DNA of 32,000 nt from Thermococcus kodakarensis KOD1 (GCF_000009965.1 NC_006624.1:690001-722000), one strand, 5' to 3'. Numbered from the stretch's first letter, positions 7,816 to 16,705 are shown. Made by a program: numbers and translations. Notes: generated by a model not told the origin, from the sequence alone.

Positions 7816-9517
7816 TCTCGGCCACCTCCTCGGCTGCTACCTCTTCAACCTCCGCGCTTGCAAACTTGCTCTCGATAAACCTGATGAAGTACTCCCTAAT
7901 CTTCTCCTCGGGTTCTCCCGTCAGTATGCTTAAGGCCCTCGCTATCTCAGGGACGTACTTCTCGAAGGTCTTCCTTCTCTTTACCTGGGCCAGCTTCCTG
8001 TGCTTGCCGCTCAGGTAGGTCTGGAGCCTCCTCGCGGCGTCCATTATTGCTAAACGTATCTCGTTGTAAATCTCGTCAACGCTCGCTATGCTCTGCTTTC
8101 CTGTTCCAGTGTAAGGAACGTGGACCGAAACGACGTTTATCATGAGGACGAGCGGTGCCCTGTCAAGGTCGTCTATTTTATAGCGCTTCCAGTCTATAGA
8201 GCGGGCCGCCTGGGTTGTCACACACGAACCTGCATCGAATAGGAGCGGCACCCTGTTGGCGTAGCGGTAGAGGTCGAAGCCAGCCGGAATCTCGCCGCCG
8301 TACGCTATTCCAACCTCGACCTGGAACGGGATACCACCTGAGTAGACTTTTGGCGGTCTGGTAACGGCAGTCACGAACTCTGGTTTGAGTATTCCCTTAA
8401 GGCCCTTCTCGATGTTCTCCTCCCCGATGGGCCTTAGGCCATGAGTTGGGGGCGCCAAGAACTTCATGTACTTGAAGGCCTCGACTATCTCCTCAGCCTC
8501 GTGCCAGGTGAGCTTCTCGGGCGGCTTCTCCATCATTTTGGCGACCTGTTTGACCACCTTGGTGTAGCCCTTGAATGCCCTGAGAACAGCCTTGACGTGT
8601 CCCTCCATAAGCTTCTGGTAGTACTGCTCCTGGAGCTTCTTGTCCTCCACGGTCTTTATCAGCCTGAGGGCAGCGATGTACTCGATGAGTTCATCAACCT
8701 TCTTGTCGCTTATCCTCGAGAACTCGCCGATGAGGAACCTCCTGACGGTGTTCCTCCTCGTCTTCTTGGCCAATCTGTAAACGTCATCGGTGAGGACTCC
8801 CTTCGGGTGAGGCTTCATCTCGACCGGCGGTTCCGGGATGTAGTCGCTCGACCTCGGAAAGACTATGAGTTTTCCGTCCGGTTCAATAAGCTCGATGTGT
8901 GCGTGGGGGTTGGCTATAGCCGTTAGCTTGAGGTACCAGAAGACACCCTGCTTGGAGCGCATGTACTTGACGTTCTTAACTTCGAGCTCTATCCTCGTCC
9001 CGCGCCAGCCCTTCGGGTTTGGATGCTTCTCCTTCTTGACGATTTTACCCTCGTTCTTGTCAACGTCTATCTTAACCCATGCCTCGATTATCTCGTCGTT
9101 TCCGGTTGAAGTGATGACACGTGTGGCCTTTCCACTCGTTATCTGGGCGAACATGACGGCACCGCTTATACCGATACCCTGCTGACCGCGGCTCTGTATG
9201 TTCCTGTGGGCTTTAGTTCCAGCGAGCATCTTTCCGAAGACGTGGGTTATGTACTTCTCCGGTATTCCAGGCCCGTTGTCTTCAACTACAACCTTGTAGT
9301 GCTCGTTCCCGAGCTCCTCTATTTCAACCCTGACGTAGGGCGGGATTCCTGCTTCCTCACAGGCGTCGAGGGAGTTGGTTACCGCCTCGTGGACAAGGGT
9401 CGTCAGCGAGCGGACCTTGCCCGTGTAGCCGAGCATTGCGGCGTTTCTCCTGAAGAACTCGCTGACGCTCTGAATCTTAAACTCCTTGAAGAGCTGGTTA
9501 GCCTCGGCCATAATCAC
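7808..9517 (-). CDS. top6B: DNA topoisomerase VI subunit B (GHKL ATPase)
   Basis: 569 aa. Bergerat-fold boxes [13 protein letters not shown] (N box), EDNGPGI (G1) and [10 protein letters not shown] (G2). ATG overlaps the stop of the upstream KH gene (ATGA). Confidence 0.95.
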
Positions 9518-10230
9518 TCCTCCTCTTCCTCAAATTCATCAAGGTCTTCGGGCAGTTTGCCCTCGAGGGCCTCATAGTAAGTTGTGGCCTCAAGCTCGAG
9601 GTCTTTCTTCCTCCGCTCAAGGTAGCGGTAAACAACACCGTGCGGGGAACCCCTTGCGAGCTTCTCAACGGCGGTTTTGGCAACTTCAACCTGTATCGGG
9701 TTCCCGATTATCGCGACAGTCTTTCCATAGACGCTAATGTCAGCACCGCTCATCTCCTCAATGATTTCCCTCGTCCTTCCCTTTCTTCCGATGATCCTGC
9801 CCCTGACCCTCGGCAGGGCGTTCTTCTCATTGCCGACAACGATGTCGGTGAGGTTCACCACCTCAAGGGTCTCCCCCTCGTTGAAGAGCCTGAAGGCCCT
9901 CTCGGGAGAGAAGCCCCTTCCGATGGCCATAACCACATCTCTCGCCTTCCACACCGCCAGCGGGTCGTCGGTTTCTTCCGTCGCTGTTATGAAGACCTCA
10001 CCCGTCTCACTGTCCACCTCTATCTTCGTCTTGGTTTTTCTCTCGATTTCCTTCTTCGTCTGCCCTTTCTTCCCGATGAGTACCGCTATCCTCTCCTTCG
10101 GGATTTTAACGAACTCCTCCTGCTCACCAAGAGCGGTGAAAGTGATCTCTTCTTCATCCTCTTCTCTCTCAAACCTGCCGTCCTTATCAACGCGCTCATA
10201 CTTCTTAAGGAGCCTCTCAAACTCGTCCAT
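9514..10230 (-). CDS. KH-domain RNA-binding protein (archaeal Dim2/Pno1-like ribosome biogenesis factor)
   Basis: Two KH GxxG loops (VLIGKKGQTKKEIE and RIIGRKGRTREIIE) and an acidic tail (…DEFEEEEE). I chose ATG 10230 (MDEFERLL…) because the ORF-track start at 10284 would overlap the rio1 3' end. Confidence 0.85.
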   Translation of the reverse strand: MDEFERLLKKYERVDKDGRFEREEDEEEITFTALGEQEEFVKIPKERIAVLIGKKGQTKKEIERKTKTKIEVDSETGEVFITATEETDDPLAVWKARDVVMAIGRGFSPERAFRLFNEGETLEVVNLTDIVVGNEKNALPRVRGRIIGRKGRTREIIEEMSGADISVYGKTVAIIGNPIQVEVAKTAVEKLARGSPHGVVYRYLERRKKDLELEATTYYEALEGKLPEDLDEFEEEEE

Positions 10231-10234
10231 GATC

Positions 10235-11011
10235 TCACCCCTCAACGAGCTCGCGGAACTTCCCCTCTGGATCCTCAACATCAACGCCCTTCTTCCTGAA
10301 GTAGTTGGAGACGTTGGTTATGTCCCTCCTCAGGAGTTCAAGGCTCATTCTGTTTCTCCTCACAGTCGCCTGCGACCAGTCTATCACGACCGGCCCGTCG
10401 TGGAGGAGTATGTTGTACTCGCTCAAGTCGCCGTGAACCATGTCACCGCGCTTCCAGAGGCGCTCTATAACCCCCATCGTGAAGTCGTAAAGCCCCTCGA
10501 AGTCCTCCTTACTCAACTCTTTCTCAACGTCCTTGAGGCGTGGAGCTGGGGTTTCATCGCCGACGAACTCCATGACGAGGACGTTGTTTCTAAAGATTAC
10601 TGGCTCTGGAACCCTGACGGCATATTTTATCGCCCTCTGGAGGTTCTTGAACTCCCTCCTCGTCCACACGAAGACGAGCTTCCTCATGTCCTTAGGAAGG
10701 TATCCGATCCTTGGATCAGCTGCCAAGTACTCCCATATCCGCCTGAACTCGGTGGTGTAAGTCCTGTATATCTTGACCGCTATCCTTTTGCCCTCGCTAT
10801 CAATTCCCGCGAAGACGTTGGCCTCTTTCCCCGTGCTGATGACACCGTAGAGGGTCTCTATCTTCCCCCTCCTGTGGAGATAGGCAAGCGTTTCCTTCGT
10901 CGTTCTGTCGAAGACCTCGTTGGCTATCTTGTAGAGCTCGCTGTCCTTCTCTCTTCTCTCCCTGAGGCCGAGCATCTCCTCGATTTCCCTGTCAAGGAAC
11001 TCTTCCCTCAT
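10235..11011 (-). CDS. rio1: RIO-type serine/threonine protein kinase Rio1
   Basis: 258 aa. RIO motifs STGKEANVF (nucleotide loop), HGDLSEYNIL (catalytic loop) and VIDWSQA (metal-binding loop). Confidence 0.9.
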   Translation of the reverse strand: MREEFLDREIEEMLGLRERREKDSELYKIANEVFDRTTKETLAYLHRRGKIETLYGVISTGKEANVFAGIDSEGKRIAVKIYRTYTTEFRRIWEYLAADPRIGYLPKDMRKLVFVWTRREFKNLQRAIKYAVRVPEPVIFRNNVLVMEFVGDETPAPRLKDVEKELSKEDFEGLYDFTMGVIERLWKRGDMVHGDLSEYNILLHDGPVVIDWSQATVRRNRMSLELLRRDITNVSNYFRKKGVDVEDPEGKFRELVEG

Positions 11012-11043
11012 TGTCCATCCCTGCTAATTGATGGAAAAGCGGC

Positions 11044-11397
11044 TCAGAAGAGGAGCTCGCCGCCGCTGAGGAAGTCCTGGGTTATCTTACCCTTCCTCAG
11101 GAGCCAGTCAACCTGGGTTCTCGTGTAGCGATAGACGATGTCCCCGCGCTCGTCGCTCTGGACCGGCCAGGGCTGGACGATAACCACATCACCAACGCGC
11201 ATCCACATTCTCCTCTTGAGCTTGCCAGGGATCCTGCATCTCCTTACCTTACCGTCCTCACAGCGGACGTCCATCCATCCTGCTCCGAGGGCCTGCTCGA
11301 TCACTCCGAAGAGCTGTCCCTTGCTCCTGTCTGGAAGGGGAACGCGAATTACCTCATCACCTTCAACATGCCTGTCGTTCTTCTTTTTACCAGCCAT
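11044..11397 (-). CDS. eif1a: Translation initiation factor aIF-1A
   Basis: 117 aa from ATG 11397 ([22 protein letters not shown]…[20 protein letters not shown]…). GGAGGTG sits 6 nt upstream. The ORF-track N-terminal extension to 11496 covers promoter-like AT-rich DNA. Confidence 0.9.
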   Translation of the reverse strand: MAGKKKNDRHVEGDEVIRVPLPDRSKGQLFGVIEQALGAGWMDVRCEDGKVRRCRIPGKLKRRMWMRVGDVVIVQPWPVQSDERGDIVYRYTRTQVDWLLRKGKITQDFLSGGELLF

Positions 11398-11424
11398 GAG
11401 CATCACCTCCCGTGAGTCGTGATT

Positions 11425-11445
11425 AGGGCTTATAAGCTTAGCCCT
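11425..11445 (-). promoter_or_regulatory. TATA box embedded in an inverted repeat, upstream of aIF-1A
   Basis: AGGGCT-tataagctt-AGCCCT: 6-bp arms flank a TTATAAG core centred about 25 nt upstream of the SD/5' end region of aIF-1A. Confidence 0.4.
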
Positions 11446-11530
11446 GCAAAAATTCTCCAAAGACCCTACGGATAGAACTTTAAAAAATTTTTGCAAAGAG
11501 AGTTCACAATCCTGTCCACTTAGTACACAT

Positions 11531-11545
11531 CAAAGTTTAAAAGAG
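11531..11545 (+). promoter_or_regulatory. TATA box for the ABC transporter operon
   Basis: CAAAGTTTAAAAGAG is centred about 37 nt upstream of ATG 11575. GGGAGG SD at 11565-11570. Confidence 0.4.
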
Positions 11546-11574
11546 AACCGGACATTGTGAGTACGGGAGGAAAA

Positions 11575-12366
11575 ATGAAAGCGGTTGAAGCCGAGAATTT
11601 AACGATCTTATACAGCGGGCAGCCAGCCCTGAGCGATGTAACGTTCACCCTGGAGGAAGGAAAAACACTGCTCCTCCTCGGGCCAAACGGTGCGGGGAAG
11701 ACGACCCTACTGAAGACTATAGCATGCTTTCACAGAGAGTACACTGGGGAGCTCAGAGTATTTGAGAGACCACCCTGCGAGGCGAGAGAGCTTATAGGCT
11801 ATGTTCCCCAAAGCCAGAGTCTAAACGAGAGAGTTCCCCTAACGGCGCTTGAAGTCGTTGCCATGGGCGGTGTTTACAGGAAGGGCTTCGTCCACTTCAG
11901 GATACCCGGAGAGGTAATAGAAAAAGCCGAAAAAGTCCTGGAGTTCGTCGGTCTCGGGGGAATTGGGGACAGGCTCTTCCGCGAGCTCTCCGGCGGGCAG
12001 AAGCAGAGGGTTCTCCTCGCGAGAGCACTGATGAGCGATCCAAGGCTGCTCCTACTTGACGAGCCGCTTTCGGCACTCGACCCAAGCGCGAGGGCAGAGG
12101 TTGCCAACGTTCTGGATAAGATAAAGCGGGAAAAGGGAGTGACGATGATAATCACGACACACGACATCAACCCGCTCCTCGAGATAGGGGATCTCGTGAT
12201 GCTCATAAACAGGAGGCTGATAGCCTTCGGCAGGCCTGAGGAAGTGCTCACTGACGAAGTTATAAAGTCTGTCTACGGCCCGATGGCAAAGGTGATCCCG
12301 GTCGGCGGAAAAGTCTACTGCATAACCGGGGACTTCCACATCCACCGCGGGGGTGAGAAAATATGA
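11575..12366 (+). CDS. Metal (Zn/Mn-type) ABC transporter ATP-binding protein, ZnuC/TroB-like
   Basis: Walker A GPNGAGKTT, signature LSGGQKQR, Walker B LLLLDEP, H-loop TTHD. I chose ATG 11575 (SD GGGAGG) rather than the ORF-track GTG 11557. 4-nt overlap with the permease gene. Confidence 0.9.
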   Translation: MKAVEAENLTILYSGQPALSDVTFTLEEGKTLLLLGPNGAGKTTLLKTIACFHREYTGELRVFERPPCEARELIGYVPQSQSLNERVPLTALEVVAMGGVYRKGFVHFRIPGEVIEKAEKVLEFVGLGGIGDRLFRELSGGQKQRVLLARALMSDPRLLLLDEPLSALDPSARAEVANVLDKIKREKGVTMIITTHDINPLLEIGDLVMLINRRLIAFGRPEEVLTDEVIKSVYGPMAKVIPVGGKVYCITGDFHIHRGGEKI

Positions 12367-13184
12367 TTCCAGAGTTTCTAATCAGGGCTCTCCTCGCGAG
12401 CATAATGGTCAGCGTCCTTCTCGGACTTCTAAGCCCGATAATCAACACGAAGGGGCTTGCTTTCCTTACCCACGCCCTCTTCCACGCTCTCCTGTTCGGT
12501 GCAGTCCTGGGAATGATACTGGCACTTCTTCTTAATAACTACGGCCTCGTCATTCTCACGGCCTTAGTAGTGACAACGCTCCTGGTCATCCTCATAGCCC
12601 AGCTGGAGAAGATAGGGTTCACTTCTGACTCCGCTGTCGGTATAGTTTCCAGCTTCGTCGCTGGGCTCACCGTTCTCGGCTTCGGTGTCCTCTACAAGGT
12701 CATGGCTACGAGACCCTACTTCCCGCTGACCCAGAACATAGTCTCGTATCTAACCGGCGATATATTCCTCGTCACACTGGACGACCTGACGGTTCTTATC
12801 GTCGGTGGGGCGGTTGTGTTCTTCGTTCTGCTGCTCCTCTACCGCGACTTCCTGTACATCAGCTTTGATATGGAAGGCGTTGAGAGCTACGGAGGCAACG
12901 CGAGGGCGTATCTCACGATCCTTTACGTGCTCGTTGGAGTAATCGGTGCTCTTATAGTCCAGACCGTCGGTCTGATAACTCTCCAAGTAGTTGCGATCCT
13001 TCCTGGTGCGATAGCGCTGATGGTAAGTTCTGACTTCAGGAAGGTTCTCGGAATAAGTCTACTCCTAACTCTGACCGTCCAGCTTACCTCAGTGGTTCTT
13101 GCCTACTTCACCGCCATACCCCCAAGTGGTATAGCCACGATAATGCTGGGCATTGTCTATGGTGCACTCTTATTTAGGAGGTGA
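12363..13184 (+). CDS. Metal ABC transporter permease (ABC-3 family, ZnuB/TroC-like)
   Basis: 273-aa polytopic membrane protein (about 8 hydrophobic helices), translationally coupled to the ZnuC-like ATPase. Confidence 0.9.
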   Translation: MIPEFLIRALLASIMVSVLLGLLSPIINTKGLAFLTHALFHALLFGAVLGMILALLLNNYGLVILTALVVTTLLVILIAQLEKIGFTSDSAVGIVSSFVAGLTVLGFGVLYKVMATRPYFPLTQNIVSYLTGDIFLVTLDDLTVLIVGGAVVFFVLLLLYRDFLYISFDMEGVESYGGNARAYLTILYVLVGVIGALIVQTVGLITLQVVAILPGAIALMVSSDFRKVLGISLLLTLTVQLTSVVLAYFTAIPPSGIATIMLGIVYGALLFRR

Positions 13185-13188
13185 ACCA

Positions 13189-13875
13189 ATGAAGATAGCG
13201 GGCATTGACGAGGCCGGGAGGGGGCCAGTTATCGGACCAATGGTGATAGCGGCGGTTGTGGTGGATGAGAATAGCCTCCCAAAGCTCGAAGAACTGAAGG
13301 TCAGGGACTCTAAAAAACTGACACCAAAGAGACGGGAGAAGCTTTTCAATGAAATACTCGGAGTTTTAGATGATTATGTAATTCTTGAATTGCCTCCCGA
13401 TGTCATTGGTTCCAGGGAGGGCACGCTCAACGAGTTCGAGGTTGAGAACTTCGCGAAGGCCCTGAACTCGCTCAAGGTAAAGCCCGATGTAATCTACGCT
13501 GACGCGGCTGACGTTGACGAGGAACGCTTTGCGAGAGAGCTTGGGGAGAGGCTGAACTTCGAGGCTGAAGTCGTTGCGAAGCACAAGGCCGACGACATCT
13601 TTCCCGTCGTCTCAGCTGCTTCAATCCTCGCCAAGGTTACAAGGGACAGGGCGGTTGAAAAGCTCAAAGAAGAGTACGGGGAGATAGGCTCTGGCTACCC
13701 AAGCGACCCAAGAACGAGGGCTTTTCTTGAGAACTATTATCGGGAGCACGGTGAGTTTCCGCCGATAGTTAGGAAGGGCTGGAAGACGCTGAAGAAGATA
13801 GCAGAAAAAGTTGAGAGCGAGAAAAAGGCCGAAGAAAGGCAGGCTACTCTTGACCGCTACTTTCGGAAGGTCTGA
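13189..13875 (+). CDS. rnhB: Ribonuclease HII
   Basis: MKIAGIDEAGRGPVIGPMV… (DEAGRG catalytic motif), …DSKKLTP…, …ADAADV…, …SAASILAKV…. 228 aa from ATG 13189 (SD GGAGGTG). C-terminal PIP box QATLDRYF. Confidence 0.95.
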   Translation: MKIAGIDEAGRGPVIGPMVIAAVVVDENSLPKLEELKVRDSKKLTPKRREKLFNEILGVLDDYVILELPPDVIGSREGTLNEFEVENFAKALNSLKVKPDVIYADAADVDEERFARELGERLNFEAEVVAKHKADDIFPVVSAASILAKVTRDRAVEKLKEEYGEIGSGYPSDPRTRAFLENYYREHGEFPPIVRKGWKTLKKIAEKVESEKKAEERQATLDRYFRKV

Positions 13876-15256
13876 GCTTTTTCCATGCAAAACTGGCAGC
13901 CGCGAGGACTTTTATCTTGTAGAGTGCTAGGGACTCCCTGAAGGCCTCCCATCTTATTACCTCATTCAGGAAGACTCCCATTGAGACAGCCGCCGGGGGA
14001 ACGAGTACCGTGGCGTAGAAGCTGAACTGAGTTTTTCCCCCGAGAAAGTATTGGAGGGCGAAGAGTCCAACCGTGCTCCAGAAAATAAAGAAGGGCTCGC
14101 TAACTCCTGGCTTTTTCCTGTAGACCCACGGCAGGGCCAGTATCATAACGACCATTCCCATAAGGAGCACGGGGTCAGTTGACGCGAAGACGTTTGGGTT
14201 AAAGTGGAACGGGAACGGACGGTAGTTTATGAACCACTCCCAGAAGGGAGATGTGTTTGGGTTCGCACCTTTGTAGCTGAGGTGCCACTTAAAGCTCCCA
14301 AGGAACTCGTTGAGCCACCTCTCGAACCCCATCGCCTTTATTGCAGGAAGTTCGGGTACTAAAAACGCAATTCCCGGGATTACAACAACCGCTGAAAAGA
14401 ACCTGACAAAGGAGTTCTCGCTCTTAAGAGACTTCCACAAAAGTACCGGCCATCCAAAGGCTCCGCTGAGCTTTGTAGCTCCAGCTAGACCCAGCAACAC
14501 CGCGGAGGAGAGTTTCCTTTCATAAACGATGGCAAGGACGAAGAGGGCAACGAAGAACGCCACGTGGATGTCGAGCATCGCAGTTACAGCCGTTGCCTGG
14601 AGCGTTGGATCCGCCGCGACGAAGAGAAGTGCTATAAGGGACGCAAGATAGCTTTTGCTTATTCTGTACGTTGCAAGAACAACGGCCAGCTCAATGAGGG
14701 CAAACGCTATTATTCCCGGGATTCTCCAGGCAATTGGTCTGTCCCCGAGGAGAAGCATGGAGAGCATTATGATGTCCTTCCCCATGAACGGGTGCTCCGT
14801 GTTGAGGTAGTTCTGTATGTTCTCCTTGTCAGGATACCTGAACCCGGGGATTACATCGTAGCTTCCATCTGGCAGGTCTGATTTTAATCTCTGGAGAAAA
14901 TCTTCGTAGTTCTCGGCAGGTATCTCATAATAGACTCCAGGAAACTCCCTGTACTCCATCCTGTATCTGGCATCGTTGATCCCTGCAACCCAATCCGTCA
15001 TGGCGAGATTTTTTATCTTTGCACTCGTGTTTGAAAATACAACGTTCACGCCATACGAGCCGTTGTGGATGTAGAAGACGTCAACGCCGAGCCTGTGGAG
15101 GATGTTTCTGCTCGCTGGAACGTACCAGACCTCGTCTCCTATGTAATCGTTCAGGTCCGGACGCGATGCAAAACTGTACGAATACCAGATTGTTCCGATC
15201 ATGGTAAGGGCAACAACCGCAACAAACACCGCCCTGATTATTTTTTCCCGCTCCAT
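13844..15256 (-). CDS. GT-C fold glycosyltransferase, PMT/ArnT-like (dolichyl-phosphate-sugar dependent)
   Basis: Polytopic membrane protein. First-loop DE motif (IGDEVWY) and an EHPFMGK motif (compare PMT/ArnT HPPLGK). ATG 15256 (MEREKI…) preferred over TTG 15268. The 3' end overlaps rnhB by 32 nt (convergent). Confidence 0.75.
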   Translation of the reverse strand: MEREKIIRAVFVAVVALTMIGTIWYSYSFASRPDLNDYIGDEVWYVPASRNILHRLGVDVFYIHNGSYGVNVVFSNTSAKIKNLAMTDWVAGINDARYRMEYREFPGVYYEIPAENYEDFLQRLKSDLPDGSYDVIPGFRYPDKENIQNYLNTEHPFMGKDIIMLSMLLLGDRPIAWRIPGIIAFALIELAVVLATYRISKSYLASLIALLFVAADPTLQATAVTAMLDIHVAFFVALFVLAIVYERKLSSAVLLGLAGATKLSGAFGWPVLLWKSLKSENSFVRFFSAVVVIPGIAFLVPELPAIKAMGFERWLNEFLGSFKWHLSYKGANPNTSPFWEWFINYRPFPFHFNPNVFASTDPVLLMGMVVMILALPWVYRKKPGVSEPFFIFWSTVGLFALQYFLGGKTQFSFYATVLVPPAAVSMGVFLNEVIRWEAFRESLALYKIKVLAAASFAWKKLRPSESSGQE

Positions 15257-15284
15257 TCTAACCCCCAATGGTCATGGCGGGCAA

Positions 15285-15296
15285 CGTTTTTAAGCC
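15285..15296. promoter_or_regulatory. Shared, symmetric TATA element for two divergent genes
   Basis: CGTTTTTAAGCC lies in the 59-nt gap between ATG 15256 (minus) and ATG 15316 (plus). It is about 26 nt from the plus-strand ATG (leaderless) and about 34 nt from the minus-strand ATG. Confidence 0.45.
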
Positions 15297-15315
15297 TCTC
15301 TCTTAACCTCCCAAT

Positions 15316-16467
15316 ATGCTCGAGGGAATCACAGAGGAGAAGATCAGAGAGGCAGAAGAGCTTATAAAGAGGGGCTATAGCGAGAAAAAGCTCCGCGCCA
15401 GGCTTGGTAAGGACTGGGAGCTGATAGCGGAGATAGCCAGGGCCAGAATCAGGGCTAAGGACAAGTTCTCAAGGAGCGACCTCTGGATGGACATGGAAGG
15501 ACTGCGCTACGCCACCCACGAGGTCGTCGCCAAATACCGCGCCGAGAGGCTGAAGGAATTTGGTGTGGAGAGCATAGCCGACGTTTCTTGTGGTATTGGA
15601 ATCCAGCTCATCTTCTACGCCATGAAAGTTGAGAGGGCCTATGGAATAGACATTGACCCTCTTAAGATAGAGTTCGCCAGAAGGAACGCCGAGAAGTACG
15701 GTGTCTCGAACATCGAGTTCATAAACGCCGATTCTCTCTCACCAGAAACCGTTGAGAGAGTGGATGCGGAGGTAGTATTCTCCGATCCTGCTAGACCTCC
15801 TGAGGCCCCCGAGAGAGACCTTGAGGGACTTCTCCCAAGCCCCCTAAAGATCTACGAGGCCTACAAAAAGAAGACCCGGGCATTTATCTTCGACCTTCCG
15901 CCGCAGATGAAGCGGGAGAAAGTCCCATGGAAGGGAGAGTTTGAATACATAGACCTCTTTGGGGCGCTGAACAGGTTGACCTTTTACACGGAACCCCTCG
16001 CGAGGGCTGAGAGGAGCGCGGTCATTCTTCCAGCGGGGGCACGTCTTGAAAGCGACCCTTCCCTTGAAGACATCGTTGAGTGGGCGGATAGGCCGGGCGA
16101 TTACCTCTACGAGATACCACAGAGCATCGATTATGCGGATTTAATAAACGAGCTCTTCCACAGGCTTCCAGTCGAGGCCAGAATGCTGCTCAGGGAAAAG
16201 AGGAGAGTCCTAGCTACCGGAGACGAGCCGATTAAAAGCCCATACCTCAAGAGGACTTACAGCGTCGTTGGGGTTCTCCCATTCCATCCAGTTAGGATAA
16301 ACGACTTCCTCAGAAAGGAGGGCTTTGGAAGGGCAACGCTGAGGATAAGCGTCCCCGAAAGCGAGTACTGGAGGATCAGGAAGAAAATCGAGGAGAACCT
16401 AAGGGGTGAGAGAAGGGCCTTCGTCTTCAAGGTGGGAGAAAAGGCGGTAATAGCTGAAGAACTATAA
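15316..16467 (+). CDS. Class I SAM-dependent methyltransferase (RNA-methyltransferase-like, with C-terminal extension)
   Basis: Motif [15 protein letters not shown], acidic motif II YGIDID, motif IV-like VFSDPARP. 383 aa. Substrate not inferable from sequence alone. Confidence 0.75.
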
Positions 16468-16662
16468 CTCCTCGATTTTCGCGTTCCTTATCTTCTTTGA
16501 GCCTATTCTGAGGTCTCTGAAGTAGTTTATGTGTTCCTCGGGCAGAAACGAGTCGAGGCTGGTCGGTTTAAGCCGCTTCTTCCTCCGAACTGGCTTTTCT
16601 TTGGAAACCTTTTTCGGAGTTGCATCGCCGATGAACTCGTCGAGCTTCCTGTCCATAGGCAT
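16462..16662 (-). CDS. Small basic protein with PIP-like motifs (candidate PCNA-binding protein, possibly the TIP orthologue)
   Basis: 66 aa with native GC3-rich codon usage. ATG 16662 lies about 26 nt downstream of TATA GCATTTATACCC (16682-16693), so the transcript looks leaderless. Motifs KLDEFI (res 6-11) and SLDSFL (res 35-40) flank a Lys/Arg-rich core. Confidence 0.55.
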
Positions 16663-16681
16663 CCTGTAATGAATTGACTTT

Positions 16682-16693
16682 GGGTATAAATGC
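16682..16693 (-). promoter_or_regulatory. TATA box for the 66-aa ORF
   Basis: Minus strand reads GCATTTATACCC. Distance to ATG 16662 matches leaderless initiation. Confidence 0.45.
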
Positions 16694-16705
16694 TTTTTTC
16701 CAGAA

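Noticed and set aside
9737-11128. 463-aa ORF on the plus strand, the second-longest plus-strand ORF in the track
   Set aside because: It lies entirely antisense to the KH, rio1 and aIF-1A genes, which all have clear motifs. Its product is low-complexity and S/L/P-rich, as expected for the complement of GAG/AAG/GAA-rich coding DNA. GC3-rich genomes rarely create stops in that antisense frame. It is a shadow ORF.
11557-11574. ORF-track N-terminal extensions (11557 for the ABC ATPase, 13153 rnhB, 16746 glmS, 18538 aglB, 23149 and 23198, 24962 fprA, 25492 prx, 10284 KH, 11496 aIF-1A, 420 relE, 30600 LamG)
   Set aside because: In each case an internal start has a proper SD or TATA spacing and restores the family-typical N-terminus (for example MCGIIG for GlmS and MKIAGIDEAGRG for RNase HII). 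The extension overlaps a neighbouring gene or promoter DNA.
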